A DNA stretch of 64,000 nt from contig NC_092674.1 in NCBI RefSeq assembly GCF_964355755.1, positions 7,068,001-7,132,000 of the forward strand. Direction: 5' to 3'. The DNA is from Antedon mediterranea (taxonomy: Eukaryota; Animalia; Echinodermata). Below are positions 53,144 through 64,000 of this stretch, piece by piece; positions within the stretch are counted from its first letter, which is position 1; each line of letters begins with the position of its first letter. Made by a program: the position numbers and the translations under genes. The notes below the pieces were generated by a model. That model was not told the DNA's origin. It made no database searches and was given only the letters and a program-made list of their open reading frames with translations.

Positions 53144-53655
53144 TCGCAGCTATAGTAAGAAGACTTGTTCTGTTACCTGCAGCATAGCCACTCATGAACC
53201 TATGCTAATGTTAACAATTATATCAACCCTGCTTTAACCACTCACCAGCCAGCTTAGCATTACAGTATCTCTTATTATTTATTTATGTACTCAAGCTACT
53301 ACGTTGTCTGATATTACAGTTCAAAATTAAAGAATCACATGAAAAGTAGTGTAATTTAATACAAATTCATACACAAATATATGTTTACATTACGCTCAGT
53401 AAATATCAATGTTAATATTTAAGTACATATTGACATTAGAAATCAATACACAGAATAATTCAAAATAAAATATCAATTCTTGGTTCTGAAGAAAATATAG
53501 GGGAAATGTACTATAATTTGATTAAACACTATTGATTGAAATTGATGGCTGTAGTCTATGTATACAGACATGTCATTTTGCGTAATGTCAAAGAATATAT
53601 ATCACAAGAATGAGTAATCCGCGATTTTCCCTGTAACAGTACTATTGTCCATGTG

Positions 53656-54057
53656 CAGCCCACGAATTTCACGTCGGCAATCGGCAATTGCCGACCTTAT
53701 TGCCGACCTTAAATTGTCAGAGGACGGCAAGAGATTGCCGACCTAGAAACTAGGCTAGATCCCTCCTTTCAAGCCTCCTAGCAACAACATGGTACTTTAA
53801 GGGATCGTATCATTGAAATTTTAACAGGCATATTCACCACCATGTTGTGTTTAGTTAACAAACCATGGAATCATTTTGTGTGTACTGTGAGCTGCATGCT
53901 TTCCTATCAACCAAGCTGGCCGGCTGGGCACAGCGCTGTGCGCGACAGACCTGTGTAGGGGAATACCCTGTTATGCCAAGCAAGCAACTATGCTCTGTGT
54001 ACGGCTAGCTCCAGGCAATTTTTTGCCGACCTTCTTTTTTCTGAATTTCGTGGGCTG
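53656..54057. mobile_element. hAT-like MITE with 6-bp TSD
   Basis: CATGTG|CAGCCCACGAA ... TTCGTGGGCTG|CATGTG, with subterminal TTGCCGACC repeats. Confidence 0.8.
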
Positions 54058-54648
54058 CATGTGGTAGGGCGCCGCCATAAGTGTGGATGTATCTGGGATG
54101 TATACAACTTTTTGTGACGGTTTCAATAATCAAAGGCTAGACCACCGGTAGTATTTTCATGATAAAAAATGTTATCAACTACATGCCAACATCATGTTAA
54201 ATACTATTTGGATATTTAATTGTTCGTTTTATGCAATTTATTTAGTAAAATCTGCCGTATAAACAGTTTGCTTTATCAACTGGGCGCTACGAAGCGTGAC
54301 CGGGCATGTTGGTGTTTACGCGTTTTCACGAACGATAGTTTAATAATATTCCTATATTTAACTTGTTTCTGGTAAAACAAATAAATGTTAATGATATTTA
54401 ACATTTTTTCCTGTTAATAACATGTATTTTATACTAATTTATATCATAAAAACAATACTTAATTTACCGGGCGTAGAGTAGTACACGGCAATGGTAAAGA
54501 ATAGGCCGTGCTGAGTAACGATTCGTTGATTTTGGTGTTGCTGTGTTAGGCTTTTTTTGTGAACTAACTTAGCATGTTAGTAAATAATTGTCTGTAAAAG
54601 TGAATGTACACTAGTTTGTTAATAAATATGTATTATAAAATAGTTTAC

Positions 54649-56770
54649 CAGGGCTCGAAATTTACTTTTTTTTCGACTAGCAAACTTTGCTAGTTGTAAA
54701 AAAATTAACTAGCAAAATCAGCAGCATAACTAGCAATCACAATTTTTTTTCGGTAAAATAGTTAAATTCTACACAAATCTGAATTTATTTAGGTGTAGAC
54801 CTAGGCCTAGCTTTTAGGTGTAGGCCTAGCTAGCTAGGCAAAGCTGTAGTAGTAGTAGTAGTGTTATGCGCGATTTGAACGATTTGCGCAATTTGAAATT
54901 GCGCAAAAAAAATCCTTGCGCAATTTGAATTGAAACATGTGTTTCAAATTGCGCAAGCAACGTATTAAATTGCGCAAGTAATCTGCAAATTGCGCAAGGT
55001 TTTTCGACAGATTGTGAAATCATGCACACCCATATTTTTATAGTAATTTCTAAGAATGATTCAAAATTAAAGATAAATATCGCATTTCCTTATTTTAGTA
55101 GTGCAAATATTGTTATAAGTTAGCATACCGTCGAAGAACCGACGAAGGAAAACGAAGCGGTGGTGTTCCACCAGGCGGGCGCGGCGCGGGCGGCCGGCTA
55201 TACTAGGCCTACTCTAGCCTAGCTAGGGTCTGGACTACTGATAGTGATACTGACTAGGTTACATGGCCTAGCTTAAACTAATATTAAAAACTTAAAAAGT
55301 GAGTATTAAACATTATCTTCATTGAAATGGTCTTATTTATATAATAAAATACTAAATTTTAAACTCCTAGGCCTAGCCTAGCCATGTATGGGAAAATTTA
55401 CAGTTCGTTTTCAAATTGCGCAAAGGTGTCATATTGCGCAAGAACTATCTTGCGCAATTTACAAATTGTGCAGCGCAATTTAAAATTGCGCAAAGATTTT
55501 CTTGCGCAATTTTAAATTGCGCAAGTTGATTGCGCAATTTGAAATTGCGCAAAAAAATCCTTGCGCAATTTTAAATTGCGCAAGAATTCTTTGCGCAATT
55601 TAAAATTGCGCAAGGATTTTTTTGCGCAATTTCAAATTGCGCAAATCGTTCAAATCGCGCATAACAGTAGTACTCTTTTTAGCCAAATTAAAAAAAGATC
55701 AAGACATGCTTTCATGCTAGCCAAATCAAGGGCGTTTCGGCCTATGGACGATTCGTCCCACTTTTTTTTAGGTTGAAACATCAAACTTTAAAAAAAGTGG
55801 AACAAAATTGACTAGGCCTATGTATAAAATATTATTGCCGATGAAAAAACTGAGTTTTATATTGTTTATATCCAGACGTAATTAAAACATTAAATTTAAT
55901 TGCCACCGAGCGAAATTGGTAGGCCCTAAACTAATCCGTCCAAGCTACGCCCGCCTCACTCCGCCGTCTCTCGCGCTCCACTCGTCTCTATCCAGGAAAT
56001 TCCCTATCGCACACGACATGATGTTGGAATAATAGTGGGCTGATCAATAGTTTGAAAACAGCTTACGGCATTTCTTAAGTAAATTTTTATTCAACGTATT
56101 CTTCTTTGATGAATCCTTTGCCCATTGCAGTGTATATCAGTAATTAAAGTTGTGATGCGAAAGTGTGTGTAATTTAATTCCACAGGTAAACAACAGGCAT
56201 AAGAAAATCCATCGCACAAACAACAGGTACCTCGTGGTGTGCCGAGGAGACGTTCTTCTCGAGCGCGAGATCATAAACAAAATTGGAAGAGTCCATTAAG
56301 TGGGGGGTGTTTACTATTTACGAATCTATTAAATACGCGCTTTGACCACTGTGTAGGCAAAATATTTATTTCGTTAAATCCCTAAATTGATAATCGCGTA
56401 TTCTGTAATCACGTGACTGATGATGTAATCCTTAGCGACGTACTAAATGCACATGCTTTTGTGTTGGGGGAAAAGCTTGCTGTTTATAATGCACATCGTT
56501 AACAACTATGCTACCACATGATTCACGGTGCTATTCGCGTTTCCTTGACGTAAATTGGCGGCGTGTAAATGAAACAATTGTTTTCACCAAATTGGTTCCT
56601 ATTAGCCGTTGTCGACATAGCGATTGGCGGCTAGCGTGGCTAAGCTAAAAAGTACGTATTTTTTCAAAAATTACACTAGCAAACATTTGCTAGTTTTGAA
56701 ATTTTCAACTAGCAATTATCAAGAATCTACTAGCAAAATGCTAGTTTGCTAGCGTGAATTTCGAGCCCTG
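54649..56770. mobile_element. hAT-like non-autonomous element with 5-bp TSD
   Basis: TTTAC|CAGGGCTCGAAATT ... AATTTCGAGCCCTG|TTTAC, with subterminal CTAGCAA repeats at both ends. Confidence 0.8.
54862..55666. mobile_element. MITE with long TIRs and TGT..ACA ends (Ginger-like?), rich in TTGCGCAA palindromes
   Basis: TGTTATGCGCGATTTGAACGATTTGCGCAATTTGAAATTGCGCAAAAAA mirrored at the right end, with GTAG flanking both sides. The TSD is ambiguous inside a (TAG)n run. Confidence 0.75.
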
Positions 56771-58113
56771 TTTACAATTGCAAAATATATTATCATAATT
56801 CTATTTAATGTGACATGTATAATATCTATTAAATCAAGTCTTATTTAGTATGTATACATCCGCCCTTATGAGGGCGGGCATCACTCACTGGAACTCTCTG
56901 TTAAAAATTTCTCATGCAAACATCGAGGAATACTCATTCTTGTGATATATATTCTTTGGTAATGTGTACATCTGTTAGTTCATAAAATTTAGAAAATTTA
57001 GGAGATGTTTCTTTACTTTTTCATTCAATCAAATTTTATTCCATAAAAATAAAAAATTATGTGGTTATCTTGTCATCAAAAGTTATGGAAAAGGAACTCA
57101 AAATAAGTAAAGCTTTTATATAGATCTGTACCCTGACAAAACCAACAAAGCAAGTAATGAATGCACTACCACTGTATAATTGATTTAATATTAAATACAA
57201 GATTTTGTGGTTTGTCGAATAATGTTAGCATCAAGAACCTGGCTTAACTAACTAGTGTAGGAGCAGGAAGTTGACTCCCTGGTAGGAGCTTTTACAAGTT
57301 ACAGTTACACCCACTATTGTAGAATTAGTAGTAAGAATTACTATGGGTGTAGTACATACTGTACTGTTGATTCTTAGTATTATACCATTGTGTACAGTAG
57401 CTCTAGTCATGTTCAGCATTAAAATTGGGGTTTTCCCGGAAATCCCAAGATTAATATTTCAATGAAATTATAAAAGATTACAAAGACGATCTAAAATCTT
57501 CAGGATATGATGTCAGATATTTCATGAGAGATTAGAATACAGTAGTGTACTATAGACTAAACAATGTGCCTTTGAAACTGTTTTTTTGAATGAAAAATAC
57601 TTAAATTGTGAATTTAAAAATATTCTTTTTGAATGAATAACAATACTCTTTAAAAAAAAAATATACTATTTTTGTATTAAAAAATACTCATTTTGAATCT
57701 TTTGAAAAATACTTTCTTTAAAAGAACTTTCTTTGAAAATGATAATGCATGACATCTATTACTTTGGAATTCAGCAGAGTTATTAATACCTGTACAGTAA
57801 CTACTTAATCTTTGTTACTATTTTGTGACAATAGAGTGTGATTATGATAAAAAAAATCCCCCAAATTAAATAATGTACTATAGCCTATAGGGAAATTCTT
57901 CTCATCTTAGAGAATTCCCTATGTTATGATAATTGCTATGCTATTAATAGTTCTATACCAAATGCATTGAAGCGTTACAAAATTTTGTAAGCAAACTAAA
58001 AATATACCAGTGATGAGTGTTTCTTAAGTTTCACATATTCAAAAAGAGAACTAACCTGTGTTACTTTAATATTCTTCTTTCTACCGTATGAACAGTACCC
58101 ACTTTATGATCCG

Positions 58114-58289
58114 AAGACAGGGAATCATTTTGCCAGTGTAGCATAGCTATACAAAACAACCTTATTTCTAAAATTGTGTAGCAAAAAATACAATACAAAA
58201 CTATGTTTCTCGACTCAAAACTCAGTTTGATTAGCAATATTGCTATACCAAAATTTTAAAATGAAATTTTTCCCTGGAAAAGAAAGAAG
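58114..58289 (+). repeat. Interspersed repeat, copy of 49673-49880
   Basis: Direct sequence similarity. Confidence 0.75.
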
Positions 58290-59272
58290 CGGGGAAACCT
58301 AAAAACAGACATGATGTTTTACTGTTGGTAAGTTAAATGAAAAAGTTTAAGCTGCCACTAGTCCATTTTTTAAGGTAAACTGTATTTATAATTTTTCCTG
58401 GGTGGAGTATCATTGGCATATTCTGTGATACATTGGCATATATATCACATGTGATGCCTGTATCAATTCAAACTAAAACCTTAACATACTGTAGTATAGT
58501 AATTTTATTATGGTAATTGTATTAAGGTAAAGGTTAAAGTAGCTGATACAGGCCATAAGCCTAACCTCATCAGGTACAACATATGTTATAACATGTGACA
58601 GTTTATTACATAATTTGCCTACTGTATGATACTAGAAAGATTGCCATACTGTATGTGCAGACGATCAGGTGCTTGTTAAAATACAAAAACATCATTTTAT
58701 GAACATTTTTAGAGTAAACAGCTAAGTGACTCCTGTGGTGTTGTTTTGGTCTAGTTAGTGCTTTCTCAATGCTTCTATCCACTTGATGTTACCAGCCTAA
58801 GGTGTGGTGTACTCAGCTTTTAAGCATATAAGTTATTCAGGTTTTAATATTGGCGATACTCCCTATCTGTACCATACTGTATTGAATGTTATGCTTTTCG
58901 TCAATATGAATTAAAGATTATTCACAAAAAGTAATAAAGATAATACAAGGATGTCAAATAATAGCTATTGATTTTGTTGTTGTATTTGGTAATTGTGTAT
59001 CCTCAGTTGATATATTGTAAAATAACAATGCACAATATAAGAATCCATTAATTACAGTTAAAAATTATAATAAAAAAAATGTATATTATTATAGTAACTA
59101 GGTAAAATATAATATTATTATAATTTACCTCTACTGTAGTTACTAATAATATACTAAAATATGTATGAATTCATACAGTACATTCATTCATTCTTTATTT
59201 CTGATAAATATCCATAGAGTCTGAGAGAGGGACATACTCGTACAAAAATAAATGTATTTTGAGAGGTATCAG

Positions 59273-59962
59273 CAGCCCTCGAAATTGGGACGAAATGACC
59301 TCGGCAAAAAAATGCCGATGTAAACGAAGCCCACCTCGGCAACACGTCGGCATTTTTGTTCAGCCCCCAAAGCTATTTTTAGTATTCAATCACACACACA
59401 TTAACTGTACTGTACCTAAAAATAGCTGTGTTGATAATATACAGCGCATTTGCGGCGCGGCTTGCTCTCTAAATAATAACCACACAAACAAACCACGCGG
59501 TTTTCAATCCCCAATACAAGTTGGACTCTTCCATTCTCTCAGCCAATTAACAATAAGTCATGTGATTTGTCATGCCTCACTAAACTCACATCACACGACG
59601 ATAGAGCTGTAGAGCGTGGTTCGTTGTTGTTGTAAACGCCGGAGCGGTCGCTGGCCTCGCCTCTCTCTGTCCGGCCCTATCTTGTGTGTAAATTAAAACC
59701 AGTGTAGGCATAGGCCTAATAATAACTCCAACGTACAAATATTTTAAGATATATTTAATTCACTTGTAACGAAGGTAAATTTGAAAAAAACTGTAATAGG
59801 CATAAAACTATTTATTTGCTGTGTATGTGGTAGCCTTGATTTTACTCCAAGCAAGGCCTAAATAAATAAAAAGAGCCTTGGCAAATCAATGCCGTGGTAA
59901 GCTAGCAGGACCTCGGCATTTACCTCGGCATTGCCGAATGCCGAGGTAAATTTCGCGGGCTG
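59273..59962. mobile_element. hAT-like MITE with 6-bp TSD
   Basis: TATCAG|CAGCCCTCGAAATT ... AATTTCGCGGGCTG|TATCAG, with subterminal ACCTCGGCA repeats. Confidence 0.8.
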
Positions 59963-60347
59963 TATCAGAATAAATATTTAACATAATAAATAGTTTTATT
60001 TTACACCATCTACAGTATGGTACAATTTTCAATACATTATTGCTATAATTTATTTGTTTTGTTGACTATTAAATGTTATATGTTGCTTTAAATTTGATTC
60101 TGAAATGACTATTGGTTTTGTTTGATTGATTTGATTTGATTTGAATTTATTTGGAAAATCATCATAAAAAATACATACAAAGTGATAACATAAAGTACGG
60201 ACATTACAAATAATACATTTATAAAAGACTTTCCAGGATAGCCCAAAAAGCTTATCAGCTTATTTCCATTGGGATCCTTTTACAATCTAAAATAAAAAAT
60301 ATAAACATTACAAAGTATTGCATTAAACACGTAAATATTACAAAAAC

Positions 60348-63300
60348 TACTACTACTACTGCGTCGAGCTTGCTCGGATCCTTTTGACTACTTCTTTCCA
60401 GCCGTCTCTGTTCATCATTGCTCCTGGTAGCTCTTCAATTGTATGGCCGGAGTCCGCAACTAGTTGGTCAATGAATGATTTTGGGGGCCTGCCTGGTCTT
60501 CTTGTCCCATGTGATGGCATCCAGAGCATAAGTTCGCTTATCAGTTCACTTTTGTTGCGGAAAGAGTGTCCAACAAAGCGGACTCTTCTTTCTTTGATAA
60601 TATCGGTGATCTTGCGAAGATTCCCATATAGCTGAGCGTTGGAGAGGTGATCTTGCCACGAAACGTTAAGAAAGGCTCGTAGCATCCTAGTATATGTTCC
60701 GTTTAGAGTGTTTTCAAGTTTCTTAGTTAGGGTCCATGTCGATGACCCGTAGAGAAGGACAGACTCGACTGTGGTCTTAAAGAAATTTTTCTTCATGTTG
60801 TTTGAGATGTTGGACTTCCATATGACAGTCAGGCGTTTGAGAGCTGACCAGGCTTTGCTGATACGTATATCAACGTCTTTTGCTGTTGAGGCAATGTTGC
60901 TGCCAAGATAGGTGAACTGGTCGACTTGATTGAGAGCGTATCCGGAGCTAGTTTGAATTTGACCTTGACAGTTTACGTTCATACTTTCTGTCTTTTTGGC
61001 ATTTATGTGGAGGCCGATTGAGGATGCAGCATTTTCAAGGGCGTGTAGGAGGGTTTTTGCTCCAGCAATCGTGTTCGACAACAGGGCTATATCGTCAGCA
61101 TAATCAGCGTCAGTTACCAATGTCGCAGGGAACCTCTTGCTGATTCTTGGCTTCAATGTTAAGCCGTGTTTGTTGAGTGGATCAATAGCCGAGCGGAGAA
61201 TATAATCAAGACATATGATGAAGATGTAGGGAGCGAGAGTATCTCCTTAAGGACGCCTGCTTTTACCTGAAACGGATCAGTATCACCATCTGGAGAACGA
61301 ACCAGGGCACTTGAGTTTTTGTACAGCATCATTATGGCATTGACAATCTCAGGTGGAATTTTGTAGACGAGAAGAATTTCACGCATCTTTTCACGATGGA
61401 CAGAATCGAAGGCTTTTGCGAAATCTACAAAGAGGAGGACTGCAGGAAGATTTTTGTCACGCACTCCCTCAAGTATTCTCCTAATTGTGAGAATCTGGCT
61501 GCTTGCTGAGCGTCCCTGTCTAAAACCATTTTGGTTTTTACGAAGTATTGTCTCGATCCATGGTTGTATTCTATTCAAGAGCATAAGATTGTAGATCTTG
61601 GCAGCAATGGGGGTGAGAGTTATTCCTCTGTAGTTTTCGGCCTTTCCAAGATCTCCTTTTTTTGGAAATGGTAGTATGCAGCCTCTTGTTCAGTAGTGAA
61701 TAGGTCTTTGTTCATAGACCTCATTGCAACACTTCAAGAGTACGTTGTTAAAATGTTTCGTTTTCCACACTTCTGGAGGAATCCCATCAAGTCCTGGGGA
61801 TTTTCCATTTTTCATTTTTGTGAGTGCTTTGTTTAACTCTTCGTCGTTAAAAGGACTGATTTTGATGTTAGATTCAGTCTGTGCTGGAAATAGCTCAATG
61901 GTTTCCACATTGGTTATATTGGGAATGTTGCCAAGAAGGTTCTTGAAGTGGTTTTTCCATTGATTTAGACGATCATTTTGACTGGTGGCTTTCAGCTTTG
62001 CTTGACTGATGCGCTTTCTACCTGAGATTTCATTAATCGTATCCCAGGCCATCGATGATTGCTTATTCACCGAATATTGCTTAATCGAGTCAATCTTAGT
62101 TTGCAGATAGGTTTCCAGTTCGATTTGATAGAGCCTCGTCAACTTTAACTTCTCTCTGTTGAATTTTGAGATGTTTTGGGGTGTAGGGTTAGCATTTTTA
62201 CGAGTTGCTGATCGTTTGATCCTCTCTCGTTGGTCTTGAATAGCCTGCGTTTCCCAGGGTACTCTTTTGCGTTTTTTAGGTTTCAAGGGAATACAGTTGG
62301 AAGCGGCTTCACAGTGTGCTTTCACAAAGTTTTCATAGGTGGTATCTGGATTGTCGATCACACTTTCATCTTGGAGAGCATCAAATCGATTTCTAATTTC
62401 AATGGTGAACCGCACGAGGGTATTACCATCGTGTATTAAGGACTTCCAATAATATGGCGGAGGATTATCAAGTTTTTTGTTGTTTGCTCGAAGACTCAGT
62501 CTTATACGGCTGGAAACGATGCGATGATCTGATATCACACTGGCAAAACTGTTATATGCTTCGCAGTTTAAGCAGCTGTTTTTCCATTTGTGGTTTATAA
62601 GAAGGTAGTCAAGTTGAGCTTTTCTACCGTTTGCATATTGGAAGGTCCAAAGTTTACCCATTCTCTTTTGAAACTTGGTATTCAGAACCAGCAGCCGGTT
62701 TTCAACAGCAAACTCCCGAAAAAGTTCACCGTTTCGGTTTGTCTGATCATGAAAGGAGAAAGTTTTGTTATTTTCCATACCAATTTGAGCGTTGAAATCT
62801 CCTCCAATCAATAAAAGATTATGTTTTGGAACATCTCTAACTAACGAGGATAGTTCGATGTAGAATTGAGTGACCAAATCTTCATCTGCTACGTTTGTAG
62901 GACTGTAGCAAGAGATAATTGTGGTTTCTGGGTTACCGTTGAAGTTTGCAATAATAATTCTGGAGTTGATTTTCTCGATTTTGTTAAGGGATTTAATTGC
63001 TCTGGGGCTTAGGAGTAAGCCGACGCCTCCTATGGTAGCGTTTATGTCATTTTTCGTAGCAGAGCTTGTGATGAGGGTCCAACCTTTGCCAGCATCGTTG
63101 TATTCTAATTCATTGGCTTCGTGAAGTATGCGATGTTCTTGAATACACACAACGTCAATTTTCCAATTTATCGAGTTTGCGATAAGTTCAGGTATCTGAT
63201 TGATGGTGTTCAAGGTACGAACATTAAAGGTTGAGATAATGATGAAGTTTTTGCATTTCAGCAAGTTCATTTTTGTTTTTGTTTTTGGATCTCTAGCTGA

Positions 63301-63706
63301 CTTTTCGGACTCCGCTGGAGAATCCAGGGCAGCGGTAGAACGCGCTCCTTGGTTAACCGCGCGACGAGCGATGCGGGATGAACGTCGGGGAAATTGTGTA
63401 GTCATTTAAATCTTTCGGTGGCTGAATATACTGACTGCGCTCGCCAATTCTACAGCCAGTTAAAAAAATAGTTATAACTTGTCGAAAGCTACTTCCAGAC
63501 ACAGAGGTTACAACTACCACTTTGCCGCCAGATGCTGGAACAGTCGCGCCATGGGTTTGCTTGCACTATCTTCGTCTGGTTTCTCCCCTTTGACCTGTCT
63601 GGCTTGGGTAGTCCTACCAGGAGCCGAGGCTCCCGCCAGCATAGCTCTCCGGATCAACAAAACACGCAAGCCAATCCACCACGTCAAGGTTTAGTGCAAG
63701 GAGGTA
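60348..63706 (-). mobile_element. Full-length RTE-clade non-LTR retrotransposon
   Basis: Single APE endonuclease + RT ORF, 3' (TAG)n tail starting at the stop codon, ~300-nt 5' UTR, and 15-bp TSD aaata(t/g)tacaaaaac at 60333-60347 and 63707-63721. Confidence 0.93.
60356..63405 (-). pseudogene. Disrupted APE-endonuclease/reverse transcriptase ORF
   Basis: Motifs TFNVRTL, IQEHR, GDFNA, SDH, NYRGI, QNGFR, FVDFAKAFDSV and YADD. In-frame TGA at ~61690 (probably from TGG) and a 1-nt deletion in GVLQGD at ~61248. Confidence 0.92.
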
Positions 63707-64000
63707 AAATAGTACAAAAACAATAATATAAAAAACAAGTTAAATTAAAGATTATGATTGACTTATAAAATTATTTGGTAGAACAGAAATGTGATTTAAC
63801 ATTTTTCTTAAAATTAAATTTGTTCTATTTGTTGAATGGAATGAGGTAGGTTATTCCATGCCTTTATGCCTGTATAATAAAACGTTTTAGATATATTTGA
63901 CTATCAGATTTAGGAACTGAAAAACCATTGACACTACTTCTAGTCATGTAATGGTGGTTAGATGAAACTCTTTGAAACTTTTCAGTCAAATAAGGTACTG

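Larger units (their letters stand above)
53589..56958. mobile_element. Non-autonomous P-element-like transposon, host of nested insertions
   Basis: ~37-bp TIR CAAAGAATATATATCACAAGAATGAGTA.. / ..TACTCATTCTTGTGATATATATTCTTTG with 7-bp TSD GTAATGT on both sides. No transposase ORF. Confidence 0.8.

Noticed and set aside
54826-55776. ORFs with LRNFKLRK repeats
   Set aside because: Translations of MITE palindromic repeats.
60384-63726. Plus-strand ORFs over the LINE
   Set aside because: Antisense shadows of the RTE ORF and UTR.

Overview
AT-rich eukaryotic DNA, probably from a marine invertebrate (taxon is inference). 1-3570 is non-coding flank with a MITE and a minisatellite. 3571-39853 is an uninterrupted head-to-tail array of about 234 tRNA-Leu(TAA) genes and pseudogenes (83-nt gene + ~72-nt T-rich spacer = ~155-bp monomer). 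The array is built like a satellite: a 10-monomer (~1554 bp) higher-order repeat nested in 6217-bp and 10880-bp duplications. Roughly half the copies carry structural lesions, and two have a TTA (stop-reading) anticodon. To the right are two minus-strand tRNA-Trp(CCA) genes with an atypical D-arm, Harbinger-type MITEs, a 5-exon gene for an unrecognised 198-aa protein, and the first two exons of a probable MGAT4-type glycosyltransferase. Its apparent second intron holds a three-level nest of non-autonomous DNA transposons and a full-length but inactivated RTE LINE with a structured 5' end. The many 62-67 aa ORFs in the array are artefacts.
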